From the NCBI RefSeq assembly GCF_006345805.1, contig NW_021823627.1:1-21983 (forward strand): a stretch of 21,983 nucleotides of DNA. The letters run 5' to 3'. The stretch is from Octopus sinensis (taxonomy: Eukaryota). Below the pieces are notes generated by a model. That model was not told where the DNA came from. It made no database searches and saw only the letters and a program-made list of their open reading frames with translations. Every line of letters begins with the position of its first letter. The first letter of the stretch is position 1. Below, piece by piece: positions 1 through 9,585 of the stretch. Both the position numbers and the translations under genes were made by a program.

Positions 1-183
1 TTCAGGAGGTCAACTATCGTCCTGAACGAGGTTAGTTTTCAAGTGACAAGTGATCATTCCTGAAGCATGGAAACCACTCGCAAACTTGTGTTTTGCTCAT
101 AGCAGCATCCCTGTAAGCTGTTTCAGCCATTTTTTCCTTCAACAGAATTTTACGGAAGCACACTGTTCCTTTGCTTCAGCCAT
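1..183 (-). mobile_element. Decayed mariner transposase N-terminus (HTH region), running off the window start
   Basis: Minus strand from ATG at 183 reads MAEAKEQCASVKFC*, then in a shifted frame ETAYRDAAMSKTQVCEWFPCFRNDHLSLEN*PRSGR. This matches the mariner pattern EQRxxIKFC...AYGDxAMSRTQVFEWFKRF...SLEDxPRSGRP. Stops and a deletion are present. Confidence 0.8.
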
Positions 184-282
184 TGCAAAAAAAAGATACG
201 ACCATGCAGAAAAATAGCAGCCAAAACTTGACTCTAAAACCACATTAAATATTCATACAGCACCAGGTGCTGTATGAAACAT

Positions 283-306
283 TTTTATATATATATGTGG
301 TGTGTG

Positions 307-366
<60 letters not shown>

Positions 367-372
367 GTATAT

Positions 373-442
<70 letters not shown>

Positions 443-490
443 ATAATATATGGTATATATATAGTATACATATATATGTATATATATATA
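283..490. repeat. (TA)n/(CA)n compound microsatellite
   Basis: Direct reading; further (TA)n at 636-662 and (TA)n/(CA)n at 937-1072. Confidence 0.97.
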
Positions 491-635
491 TTTTCTGTGT
501 TCCTTTCTGGGAAGAGTGTAGGCTCGAAACATATAAAGACTTTTTCAATTCCTGAGTGTTATACTAATACATCTGTTTGTTTTCTACACCACCTGTCTTC
601 GTCTTTTGTTTTTGTTTTTATGTGAATTCTCCCTG
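491..635 (+). mobile_element. Short element in (TA)n with a degenerate hammerhead-like motif and pyrimidine-rich tail (probable PLE pLTR fragment)
   Basis: CTTT-CTGGGA-A-GAGT-GTAG-GCTC-GAAAC-ATA-TAAAG at 503-538, then a ~95-nt T-rich tail ending in (TA)n. The core is degenerate. Confidence 0.45.
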
Positions 636-665
636 ATATATATATATATATATATATATATAGGA

Positions 666-929
666 TGTGAGGAGTTTCTGTCAGGATGATTCAAACTAAT
701 GGCTATGTGTTCTGTGTTCTCAAACAGGTGTGCCACCAAACTTCCGGTTGGAGCTTTTGCCCGATATGGTGCACCAATAGCTGGGATATCCCAGCAACAG
801 CTGTCAGAGACTCTCTTTACTATTTTGTACTATTTTTACCATTTCGTTACGTTGCTACATTTTAAAATGAATTAAATGAAATAAATGTCCTTGTCCTACA
901 TTGCCTAATTGTTTGGGTTTCCTCACTAC
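666..929 (+). mobile_element. Possible solo LTR
   Basis: Short inverted termini GTGAGGA (667-673) and TCCTCAC (920-926), AATAAA at ~880, flanked by (TA)n. The terminal TG...CA is not clean. Confidence 0.3.
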
Positions 930-1004
930 TTTAACCTATATATATATATACACACACATACACACACACACACCACATGCACACTCACATACACACACTC
1001 ATAC

Positions 1005-1052
<48 letters not shown>

Positions 1053-1072
1053 ATTATATATATATATATATA

Positions 1073-1261
1073 GTTAATCCAACATGAAAAACAAAGAGAA
1101 ACACAACAAAACGAGGACGTGGAATAAATATAGGAAGGAAGGGAAGAAGGAGGGTTTAATGTTTCAAGCGGAGCTCTTCGTCAAAAACATAGGAAAAGGA
1201 AAGATCCAGAGAAGGGAAGACGGAGGAAAAAAATCGCCAATGGTACACACGAGGTCACATT

Positions 1262-1262
<1 letters not shown>
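1073..1262 (-). mobile_element. Short element between (TA)n and (GA)n carrying a minimal hammerhead motif (probable PLE pLTR fragment)
   Basis: Minus strand 1188->1154: GTTT-TTGACGA-A-GAGC-TCC-GCTT-GAAAC-ATT-AAAC, followed by a pyrimidine-rich tail ending at (TA)n. Confidence 0.55.

Positions 1263-1323
<61 letters not shown>
1263..1323. repeat. (GA)n microsatellite
   Basis: Direct reading. Confidence 0.98.
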
Positions 1324-1328
<5 letters not shown>

Positions 1329-1469
1329 TGTCTGAGTTATGGACACATAAGAACAATATCAGAGGAAGGTTAACAGGGAAGATAGTTTTTGTGTGTGGAA
1401 GGTGCACAGGTACAATTAACATTAAAAATGTACAGAAAATGGATTCCATCACATGTCAGGAGCTTCCGT

Positions 1470-1728
1470 TACTTAGTCTCTACTTTTCCATGTTTCCATG
1501 GGTCAGACAGAATATTGTTGAGCTTTTCTACAGTCGGATGCCCTTCTTGTCACCAACCCTCCCGAATCTTTCTTTGTTCAGTAATATTTCCCCATCGGAA
1601 AGTGTCTTATCCGTGGAAGATCAGAAAACAAACAACTTAGCTTGTATAACAGTGACACTCATTTGCAACTATCACATGATATCAGACCAAAGATACACTC
1701 ACACTCACACACACACACACACACACAC

Positions 1729-1764
<36 letters not shown>

Positions 1765-1848
1765 ATGCACTTATTTCATTCTCTGTCTACCAAATCCACT
1801 CACAAGATTTTGGTTTGTTCCAGATTATAGCAGAAGACACTTCTCCCA
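1470..1848 (-). mobile_element. 5'-truncated SINE with internal (CA)n
   Basis: Core TCTACCAAATCCACTCACAAG...AGAAGACACTT (1786-1842) is shared with the SINEs at 3698-4091, 16779-16938 and 19840-20229. Tail motif TTTCTACAGTCGGATGCCCTTC is shared with 19600-19622 and 21628-21650. Confidence 0.7.
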
Positions 1849-1850
1849 GT

Positions 1851-1948
1851 GGATAGAATAAGTACTGGGATCGATTTGCTTGACTAAAGGCAGTGCTCCA
1901 GCATGGCCACAGTCAAATGACTGAAAAAATTAAACGAGTAAAAGAGTA
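1851..1948 (+). mobile_element. SINE 3' tail fragment
   Basis: GATAGAATAAGTACT...GGCAGTGCTCCAGCATGGCCACAGTCAAATGACTGAAA, the same tail as at 3698-3770, 8985-9113 and 20147-20229. Confidence 0.75.
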
Positions 1949-2140
1949 TGTATGTATATATAAATATATATATATAGATTTTTTTGCTGCTACAATGGAG
2001 GAATTAGCTATTGACATATCATTGAAAGACATTCTGGTTCCACCCAGGAAGGTCTTTATGAGAGACCTTATTACTAAGACTTTCGCATTTTTGGTTTTTT
2101 AATATTTGTTTATAACCGGCACACAAAGGTAAATGACGTG

Positions 2141-2921
2141 CAGACTGGATACACTGGCCCAGAAAGAATTGCAATCCCTGAGTCAAAATCAGTGCGTGAC
2201 CTGGGCATTGACATGAGCAATGATGCATCTTTCCAAGTGCATATTACTAATCTGGTGATAAAATGCAGACGGCTAGCTGGATGGATTCTCCGAACTTTCA
2301 GAACAAGAGAGAAGGAGACACTGATGGTCCTCTAGAAAACATTCGTCCTCAGCCGCTTGGACTACTGCTCCTGACTATGGTCACCACACAATATAAAACT
2401 AACAGCAGAACTCGAAGCAATTCAATGAAGCTACACAAAGAAGATTGTCTCAATGCAAAATATCAGCTACTGGGAAAGGCTGAAAGTATTAAACCTCTTC
2501 TCCCTAGAGCGGAGGCGGGAGAGATATGCGGTGATATACATCTGGAAAATCCTGGAGGGTCTTGTCCCAAACTTTGGCATTCAAAGTTACCCCAACCGCA
2601 GAACGGAGCGCCCCTGCATGGTGCCAAAGAGGGTTTCAGAGGACCACAGCTCTTTAACATCCTCCCTAAATGCCTGAGAGACTTACATGGTGTGGATGTG
2701 GGTTTCTTTAAAACTAAACTGGATCTTTTCTTGTCGGGGGTCCCAGATGAACCTACCTCACAACAGGAGACACAGATGCGGGCAGCAGCATCGAACACCC
2801 TTGTTGATCAAGTGCCACGTATCAGAGGTGGATTCACATATTAGTGTAGCTCATTCAGCGGTGGTGCCCCAGCATGGCCGCGGCCTTTGGGCTAAAACAT
2901 TTTTAAGGATTTAAGGATTTA
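2141..2921 (+). mobile_element. 5'-truncated CR1/L2-group LINE: ORF2 C-terminus, 3' UTR and short tandem tail
   Basis: Reads VRDLGIDMSNDASFQVHI...LAGWILRTFRTR...FVLSRLDYCS*LWSP...LEAIQ*SYTKKI...SYWERLKVLNLFSLERRRERYAVIYIWKIL...FRGPQLFNILP...FKTKLDLFLSGVPDEP, typical CR1-group ORF2 C-terminal motifs. In-frame stops and an internal deletion are present. It ends in (TTTAAGGA)x2. Confidence 0.88.
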
Positions 2922-3013
2922 TATTATATTCATATTATATCATGTTATAATATAAATAAATTATTGCATTGTCATTTGTATCTCTCTACTTAATTTATTG
3001 TTTGTAATTTATA

Positions 3014-3538
3014 TCTATAACAGGCAGGATGTGTGTGTGTACGTGAATGTACTTTATGCATGTCCACAAATTAGCATGCATGTTGCTTCAATTTTAGGAG
3101 GACATTGGTCACGATCATGGCTGTGCTTTTGTCAACTTATTTTCTCTGAGGTACCCCTAGATAGCAGTAAAAATTGATTTTCAACCATAACTTTTACCAA
3201 TTTTCACGTCAGTGAAATTCCGTAAGTTTGCTAACATGAGTTAAGTCCCCTGTCTTGCATTTAGATTAATTCACCCTACTACAATGCCTTCAAAAACAAA
3301 TTAGATTTGGACTACCCAAGCAATTTCAGCATAGGGAAAGAGAAAGAGCTGAAGAGACTGAATATCAGCGGACCCATTAGTAAAATATTTTTAATTTTTG
3401 GACCAAAGCCTGGGAACAAAGCTTGCGGATATTCCACTACAAAACATTCAATAATATCGAAGCAGTAACATTCATAAATCAGGGTATAATTTTTGAAGGC
3501 TCTTTATGAACCCAGTCAATGACGGGTATTTCTGCTAG
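3014..3538 (+). mobile_element. Non-autonomous Helitron
   Basis: A|TC 5' end at 3013/3014 followed by a short (GT)n. 3' hairpin ACCC(A)GTC-AAT-GACGGGT at 3510-3527, then CTAG (3535-3538)|T. No TSD. The exact 5' end is uncertain. Confidence 0.65.
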
Positions 3539-3654
3539 TTAGGACTATACCCATATTCATGTGGTATTCAACTGACGTGCCAGTGAATTGGATGTCTTAC
3601 ACACCCCTTTCAAGGAATTTCAGCTCTTAGTTTGTTACTTTAAATATATATGTG

Positions 3655-3690
<36 letters not shown>

Positions 3691-3697
3691 TATATAT

Positions 3698-3849
3698 CTC
3701 TTTTACTTGTTTTAGTCATTTGACTGTGGCCATGCTGGAGCACTGCCTTTTTAGACGAGCAAATTGAGCTAAGTTACAGGGATGTAAACACACCAGCATT
3801 GATTGTCAAGTGATATTGGGGGAGACAAACAAAGACACACAAACACACG

Positions 3850-3897
<48 letters not shown>

Positions 3898-4091
3898 AAC
3901 ACACACACATACACACACACATATATACGACGGATTTCTTTCAGTTTCCATCTACCAAATCCACTCACAAGGCTTTGGTCGGCCTGAGGTTATAGTAGAA
4001 GACACTTGCCGAAGGTGCCACGCAGTGGGACTGAACCTGGAAGCATGTGGTTCATAAGCAAGCTACTTACCACACAGCCACTCCTGCACCT
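3698..4091 (-). mobile_element. Near full-length tRNA-derived SINE with internal (CA)n
   Basis: Minus-strand head GGTGCAGGAGTGGCTGTGTGGTAAG (A box) ... GGTTCAGTCCC (B box), a conserved core, a microsatellite, and the tail GTGCTCCAGCATGGCCACAGTCAAATGACT...AGTAAAAGAG. Confidence 0.88.
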
Positions 4092-4398
4092 GTATATATA
4101 GACTATATATTTAGTCATCTACAATAGAGAGTGTATAAAATGCTCTTTTCTGGTGATTAAGTCCCTATAAGATTTCATCATATAGGAAGCAACTATATGT
4201 TTCATCATAGAAATGAATGAGAATTATATGATAATTAATAATGCAAAGACCCGAGGCATTTACCAGCACTTAGTAAGTGAACTCATCAGATCTTTTACAA
4301 TATATTACCTATCTGTGCAGTATATTAGAAGTGATATAATTAATTAAGCACCATTAATGTAGTAAAATACAAAAAGTAAAAAAAAAAAAAATGCTTGG

Positions 4399-4421
4399 AG
4401 GTAGTAGTAGTAGTAGTAGCT

Positions 4422-4481
<60 letters not shown>

Positions 4482-4761
4482 ATGGTAGTGGTGGTGGTGG
4501 TGGTGGTGGTGGTGGCGGCGGCAGTAGTAGTAGTAGTAGTAGTAGCAGTAGTAGTAGTAGTGGTGGTTGTAGTGGTGGTGGTGGTAGTATTAGTATTAGT
4601 AGTAGTAGTAGTGGCGGCGGCGGTGGTAGTGGTGGTGGTGGTAGTATTAGTAGTATTAGTAGTAGTAGTAGTAGTGGCGGCGGTGGTTGTAGTGGTGGTG
4701 GTGGTAGTATTAGTATTAGTAGTAGTAGTAGTAGTAGTAGTTGTAGTTGTAGTAGTAGTAA
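4399..4761. repeat. Compound (AGT)n/(GGT)n/(GGC)n microsatellite with ~60-bp higher-order units
   Basis: Direct reading; the block GGTGGTGGTAGTATTAGT...GGCGGCGG recurs. Confidence 0.95.
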
Positions 4762-5029
4762 TGGTTTCAAATTTTGGTTTTTAAATTTTTGGCACAAGAC
4801 AGCACGGGCATACTACGTTCATCTCACCAATCATAAAAATTGAGAATTTTGCTGTTCTTTTGTAATATTCCGTCTTTTTATTTGAGCTCTGTCATAAGAT
4901 AATTCTGTGCTTCATCTCCTTCCATATTTTTCCTTCTTTCTTGAACTCTCTTTCTCATATCTTGAAGGTAATTCTGCCTTTCATCTTCATCCATATCTTC
5001 TCGTCTTTCTTGAACTCTGTTTCGCATAC

Positions 5030-5214
5030 AGTTCTATATTTAAGAGACGAGGAATTATGTTCATTATTTACATTATTTACATTATTTACATTTGACAGAT
5101 ATTTGCCCTCATCTTGTTTGTTGTTAACACATTTCGGCTAATATACCCTCCAGCCTCCATCAGGTGTCTTGGGGAAATTTCGAACCTGGATTCTCATTCC
5201 TAAGGTATTTTTCG
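5030..5214 (-). mobile_element. Short hammerhead-bearing repeat element, copy 1 (degenerate ribozyme)
   Basis: Homologous to 8484-8632. Minus strand AAAAATACCTTAGGAATGAGAATCCAGGTTCGAAAT...ACAC-CTGATGG-A-GGCTG...TAGCC-GAAAT-GTGT, then (TGTAAATAA)x3. Confidence 0.75.
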
Positions 5215-5216
5215 AT

Positions 5217-5217
5217 G

Positions 5218-5290
<73 letters not shown>

Positions 5291-5358
5291 TATTATATAT
5301 TATTATTATTATTATTATTATTGTTATTATTATTATTATCATTATATTATCATTATTA

Positions 5359-5408
<50 letters not shown>
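5217..5408. repeat. (ATT)n microsatellite
   Basis: Direct reading; a second (ATT)n tract lies at 5758-5900. Confidence 0.97.
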
Positions 5409-5757
5409 TAGTGTTATTTTTTATAGCGTGCTTTCACTTCACTACCGAGCGCAGCTCTGTGTACCTTGGGTATGTGCTGTGATTTGTTGTGATGCTTTGA
5501 TGGTTATGTATGGAAAGTGCTCTGCGTAGGATGTGTGCAGTGCCTAGTAGTGCAATTTTCTGTATGTTATATGTGTTTGTAAGTCCTGGTGTTTTTGTTA
5601 TGTATTTGTCTGAATATTTTTTTATCATGCCTAATGGCACCTACTATGATAGGAATTGTTTCTGTTTTCAGATTCCACATTCTGGTTACCTCTATTTCAG
5701 GTCTTTGTATTTTGAAAGTTTCTCCCTCCATTTCTTTAGAGACACTGTCATCTGCCG
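5409..5757 (-). mobile_element. R4/Dong-like RLE non-LTR retrotransposon 3' fragment inserted in (TAA)n
   Basis: Minus strand with frameshifts: KLSKYKDL-IEVTRMWNLKTETIPIIVGA-LGMIKKYSDKYITKTPGLTNTYNIQKIALLGTAHILRRALS, the C-terminal half of a restriction-like endonuclease. (TAA)n lies on both sides. Confidence 0.85.
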
Positions 5758-5799
<42 letters not shown>

Positions 5800-5833
5800 T
5801 TTATGTTATATTATCATTATTATTATTATTATG

Positions 5834-5879
<46 letters not shown>

Positions 5880-6324
5880 TATTATTATTATTATTATTAT
5901 TTTATTTTTCAGGTCACTGCCTGGAATCAAACCACTATGCCACATGCCCATGGGCATATGAGAAACAGAGTTCAAGAAAGAACTTTCCCTCTTATGTCGT
6001 AGTATAGACTCCCTCTCCTCTTGGATTATTTTGTTTCTCCTCTGTCTCATCCTAACTTGATTTTGATTCCTTATTTCCTTCCACCGTTCCTCGTGCAACT
6101 GTTCTCGTGCTGCATCCCTCATGCGATTATCCATATATTAAAACTTGTTATTAAAAGAATAAATCTCCAAAAGGATTCAGAGTGATTCAATTGAAAAACA
6201 AATACGAATGTATTAGACAGATTTTGTTTAAAAGGTGAAAATATTTCTGAAATACTCACCTAATATGCAAGGACTCAGTATATAGGATACTGTAATTAAT
6301 TATATTGTAGGAAAGTAAAAAGTA

Positions 6325-6509
6325 AAGGGGAAAAAAATACAACTAATATTTTTGATTTTGTTCGGCTCAATGAATTTAATTTTTTTAAAATGCTTTCATC
6401 AGTTGCTTGATACAGGAAAAAAGAAATTGGAAAAATCCTGACCAAAACTTATCAAAAAAATATAGAAAGAGAAAGTTGTGTTTATTTCTACTACGCAACA
6501 CTTATTATT

Positions 6510-6544
<35 letters not shown>

Positions 6545-7012
6545 TTCTTATATACACACGCTGACATAGAACCAACGTTGAACCTCTTATTCGCAAAATT
6601 ACCGGATCTGGAACTTAACTATGGTCTGTCTATAGCACTTATTCAGCATTACCTGACACCTTTGGGTCTCAATGACACCATTATCTCTTATATATATATG
6701 TTTGTGCGTGTGTGTGTGTGTGTGTGTCTTTTAGTTTTTGTTTACTTATACACATCAACAAATGAGTCAATTGAACAGCTCTGTGTGGTTGTTCAATTTT
6801 CTAGAAATAGCAGCCAAATCTCTCTCATACTATGCACTTGTTAGTATTAAGGAAAGGGAAAAAATAGAATATTTTTGATTTTGTTCAGCTCTATGACTTT
6901 AATTTTTTTTTAATGCTTTTGTCCATTACTTGATACAAGAAAAAATGAAATTGGAAAAATCCTGACTAAAACAGAGAAATTGTAACTTAACAAAAAATAT
7001 AGAAAGAGAAAG
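6325..7012 (+). repeat. Diverged ~150-bp direct repeat pair (6325-6476 and 6854-7012)
   Basis: Shared blocks AATATTTTTGATTTTGTTC, CTTGATACA, GAAATTGGAAAAATCCTGAC and AAAAAATATAGAAAGAGAAAG. Confidence 0.8.
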
Positions 7013-7570
7013 AAATAGTTGTATTTAAAAGCCAAAAAATGTTTTTTAGCTGAGGTGTAATTTTATAATAAAAACAAATTCAAAATTTTAATTTCAGAAC
7101 ATAAGACTTACCATGTTATCTGGTGCATGGCCGCATTTAAATGAGTAGAAGACCTAAAACAAATGTGCGTGTGGTTGGGCCTTTAATAGCCAGGGATCAA
7201 TTTCAGTTCAAACATAGAAAGGAATTCAAATATCTATCAGCCTCTCCAAAAAGACAGTTTCATGTCATCATCTCTCTCTCCCTTTCTTTTTCACTCTCTC
7301 TCTTTTTCTCTCACTTCCTCTCTCCCTTGCTCAACACATGCGTCAAATTTAATTTTCTCATTAAGATCGTTGCTGCTTCAGTGGCCCAGTAGGCATGGGT
7401 GTTGAGAAGTAGTAATATAACACATAGGTGGTTGTTTCAAATCCCTTCCAGAAATTACAAGAGATCTAGTTAAAAATTTTCATTTAAGCATAAAATTTCT
7501 TTCAACAATTTCTTTCTCTTAAGTGTGACATACACATCAGGTACGTACAAAAACAAATTGGCATATCATA

Positions 7571-8070
7571 TTAATAAAGATAAGGCTAATCAACCAGACA
7601 TAGTCATTAAAGACTTGGAAGAAAATACTTGTAGACTAACAGATGTAAGTGTTCCCACTGATAAAAATATATCTGTAAAGGAATTTGACAAATTAAGTAA
7701 ATATAAGGACCTGGAAATTGAAATACAAAAGATGTGGCATCTCAAAGCAGGAACTGTTACTGTTATTGTGGGCACCCTAGGTATGATAAGAAAGCAATGT
7801 CAGAAACATCTAGATAATATCCCAGGAGAACCATGTCTCAGAGAAATCCAAAAGATTATACAGACAAGTACTGTCCACATCCTTAGAAAAAAACCTTTCA
7901 ATTTAAATGTCAGTGTTGTATTACATGAAGATATTTCAATACTGCCCCTGGCACTTCCCCTCCCTTAGCTTTCAGTCATACTGTAACATCTCTTATCCGT
8001 CACTCGCCCTAGGATGCTGGGTGTGTCTTGGCAAGTGACTGTAACAAACATGCAGATTAAAAGTAAATAA
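7571..8070 (+). mobile_element. R4/Dong-like RLE non-LTR retrotransposon 3' fragment (RLE domain plus 3' UTR)
   Basis: KANQPDIVIKDLEENTCRLTDVSVPTDKNISVKEFDKLSKYKDLEIEIQKMWHLK...VIVGTLGMI...IQKIIQTSTVHILRK contains the PD...D...K..KY RLE motif. It ends at TAAATAATAAT. Confidence 0.9.
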
Positions 8071-8080
8071 TAATGATAAT

Positions 8081-8281
8081 CCTTTTAGGCACAAGGCCTG
8101 AAATTTTGGGGACAGGGGATTGAATCAACCGTAATATTTTACTGGTACTAATTTTATCAAACCCAAAAAGATGAAAGGCAAAGTTGACCTTGGCGGAATT
8201 TGAACTCACAATGTTGCGATGGATGAAATACTGCTAAACATTTCTCCCAGTGTGCTTATGATTCTGCCAACTAGCCGCCTT
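8081..8281 (-). mobile_element. tRNA-derived SINE (second family)
   Basis: Minus strand AAGGCGGCTAGTTGGCAGAATC (A-box-like) ... GAGTTCAAATTCCGCC (B box) ... GCCTTTCATC...TTGATAAAATTAGTACCAGT. Confidence 0.75.
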
Positions 8282-8292
8282 AAATAATAGTA

Positions 8293-8331
<39 letters not shown>

Positions 8332-8335
8332 GTAA

Positions 8336-8430
<95 letters not shown>

Positions 8431-8482
8431 TAATAATAATAATAACAATAAAAGTAACAACAACAGCAACAACAACAACAAC
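8282..8482. repeat. (TAA)n-(CTA)n-(TAA)n-(CAA)n compound microsatellite
   Basis: Direct reading. Confidence 0.97.
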
Positions 8483-8483
8483 T

Positions 8484-8632
8484 TTAAAAATACCTTAGGA
8501 ATGAGAACCCAGGTTCAAAATTCCCCCTAGATACCTGATGAAGGCTGGAGGGTATATCAGCTGAAACGTTGTGTGAACAACAAACAAGATGAGGACAAAT
8601 ATCCATCAAATGTAAATAATGTAAATAATAAA
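8484..8632 (+). mobile_element. Short hammerhead-bearing repeat element, copy 2
   Basis: Homologous to 5030-5214. It contains an intact hammerhead core and ends in (TGTAAATAA)x2. Confidence 0.78.
8531..8574 (+). ncRNA. Minimal type I hammerhead ribozyme
   Basis: Stem I AUAC/GUGU; CUGAUGA at 8535-8541; one extra A; stem II GGCUG/CAGCU; GAAAC at 8563-8567; GUU cleavage triplet at 8568-8570. Stem III is reduced to palindromic AACGUU, as in dimer-dependent PLE hammerheads. Confidence 0.72.
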
Positions 8633-8634
8633 CT

Positions 8635-8948
8635 ATATATTGTTGTGAAAGACAAAAGCAATATAAGGTCTGTTTATTGGTTGACATGAGCATACCATGT
8701 ACCCATAATATCTCAGCAAAAGAATTTGATAAGTTCAGAAAATATAAAGATTTGCTAATCAAAATCAAAAAGATGTGGCATCTCAAGAGGGTTACAATAC
8801 CAGTGATTGTAGGAACACTTGGAATGATTAAAAAAAGGAACTGAAAATTATTTAAGAATGACTCTTGGTTTACCATCCATGCAGGAAGTGCAAAAGATTG
8901 TCTTAATTGGTTTCTACACACATACTGAGAAGAGCAGTGTCACTGTAA
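8635..8948 (+). mobile_element. R4/Dong-like RLE fragment
   Basis: IVVKDK..VCLLVDMSIPCTHNISAKEFDKFRKYKDLLIKIKKMWHLKRVTIPVIVGTLGMIKK-GTENYLRMTLGLPSMQEVQKIVLIG..HILRRAVSL*, with frameshifts. Confidence 0.85.
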
Positions 8949-8984
8949 ATTTTCTTTCCCCCCTTTATCTTATTTACTCTTTAC

Positions 8985-9113
8985 ACTTTTACTTGTTTCA
9001 GTCAGGTGACTGTGGCCATGCTGGAGCACCGCCTCTAGTCGAGCAAATTGACCCCGGGACTTATTCTTTGTAAACCTAGTACTTATTCTACCAGTCTCTT
9101 TTGCCGAACTGCT
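8985..9113 (-). mobile_element. SINE 3' fragment
   Basis: TTTTACTTGTTTCAGTCAGGTGACTGTGGCCATGCTGGAGCACCGCC...AGTACTTATTCTA...TTTTGCCGAACTGCTAA, same family as 3698-4091 and 19840-20229. Confidence 0.8.
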
Positions 9114-9167
9114 AAATCCAAAAACGAAATAAAATAATAATAATTAATAATAATAATAATAATAATG

Positions 9168-9229
<62 letters not shown>

Positions 9230-9230
<1 letters not shown>

Positions 9231-9585
9231 TGAAAATGTGGCATCTCAAGGCGATTACAATACCAGTGATCGTAGGAGCACTAGGAATGATCAAGAAGGG
9301 AACCGAAAATTATATGAGAATGATCCCTGGCTTACCATCCCTGCAAGAAGTGCAAAAGATTGTCTTAACTGGTACATCACACGTATTGTGAAGAGCATTG
9401 TCGATGTGAGAATTATTACTACCCATGTATTTTAATTTAACTTAAAAAAAATTTTTTTTTTAAATGAACAAACTATTGAGTTTAGTTTAATGGCCTACCA
9501 ATGTATACTATGAATTTCTTTGCCCTAGGAGTCGGGAAGACACTCGGCAAGAAATGGAAGCAAATTTGAAAGAAGAAAAAAAAAG
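9230..9585 (+). mobile_element. R4/Dong-like RLE 3' fragment flanked on both sides by (TAA)n
   Basis: KMWHLKAITIPVIVGALGMIKKGTENYMRMIPGLPSLQEVQKIVLTGTSHVL*RALSM*, 3' UTR hairpin at 9514-9555, (TAA)n at ~9133-9229 and 9586-9604. Confidence 0.85.

Noticed and set aside
4354-4843. Poly-Ser/Gly, poly-Val and poly-Leu/Pro ORFs (also 5160-6007, 11134-11316, 12516-13079, 21132-21573)
   Set aside because: Microsatellite translations, open in several frames and on both strands.
7141-7470. ORF 7141..7392 and a possible Helitron-type CTAG end at ~7466
   Set aside because: No recognisable protein motif and no convincing subterminal hairpin.
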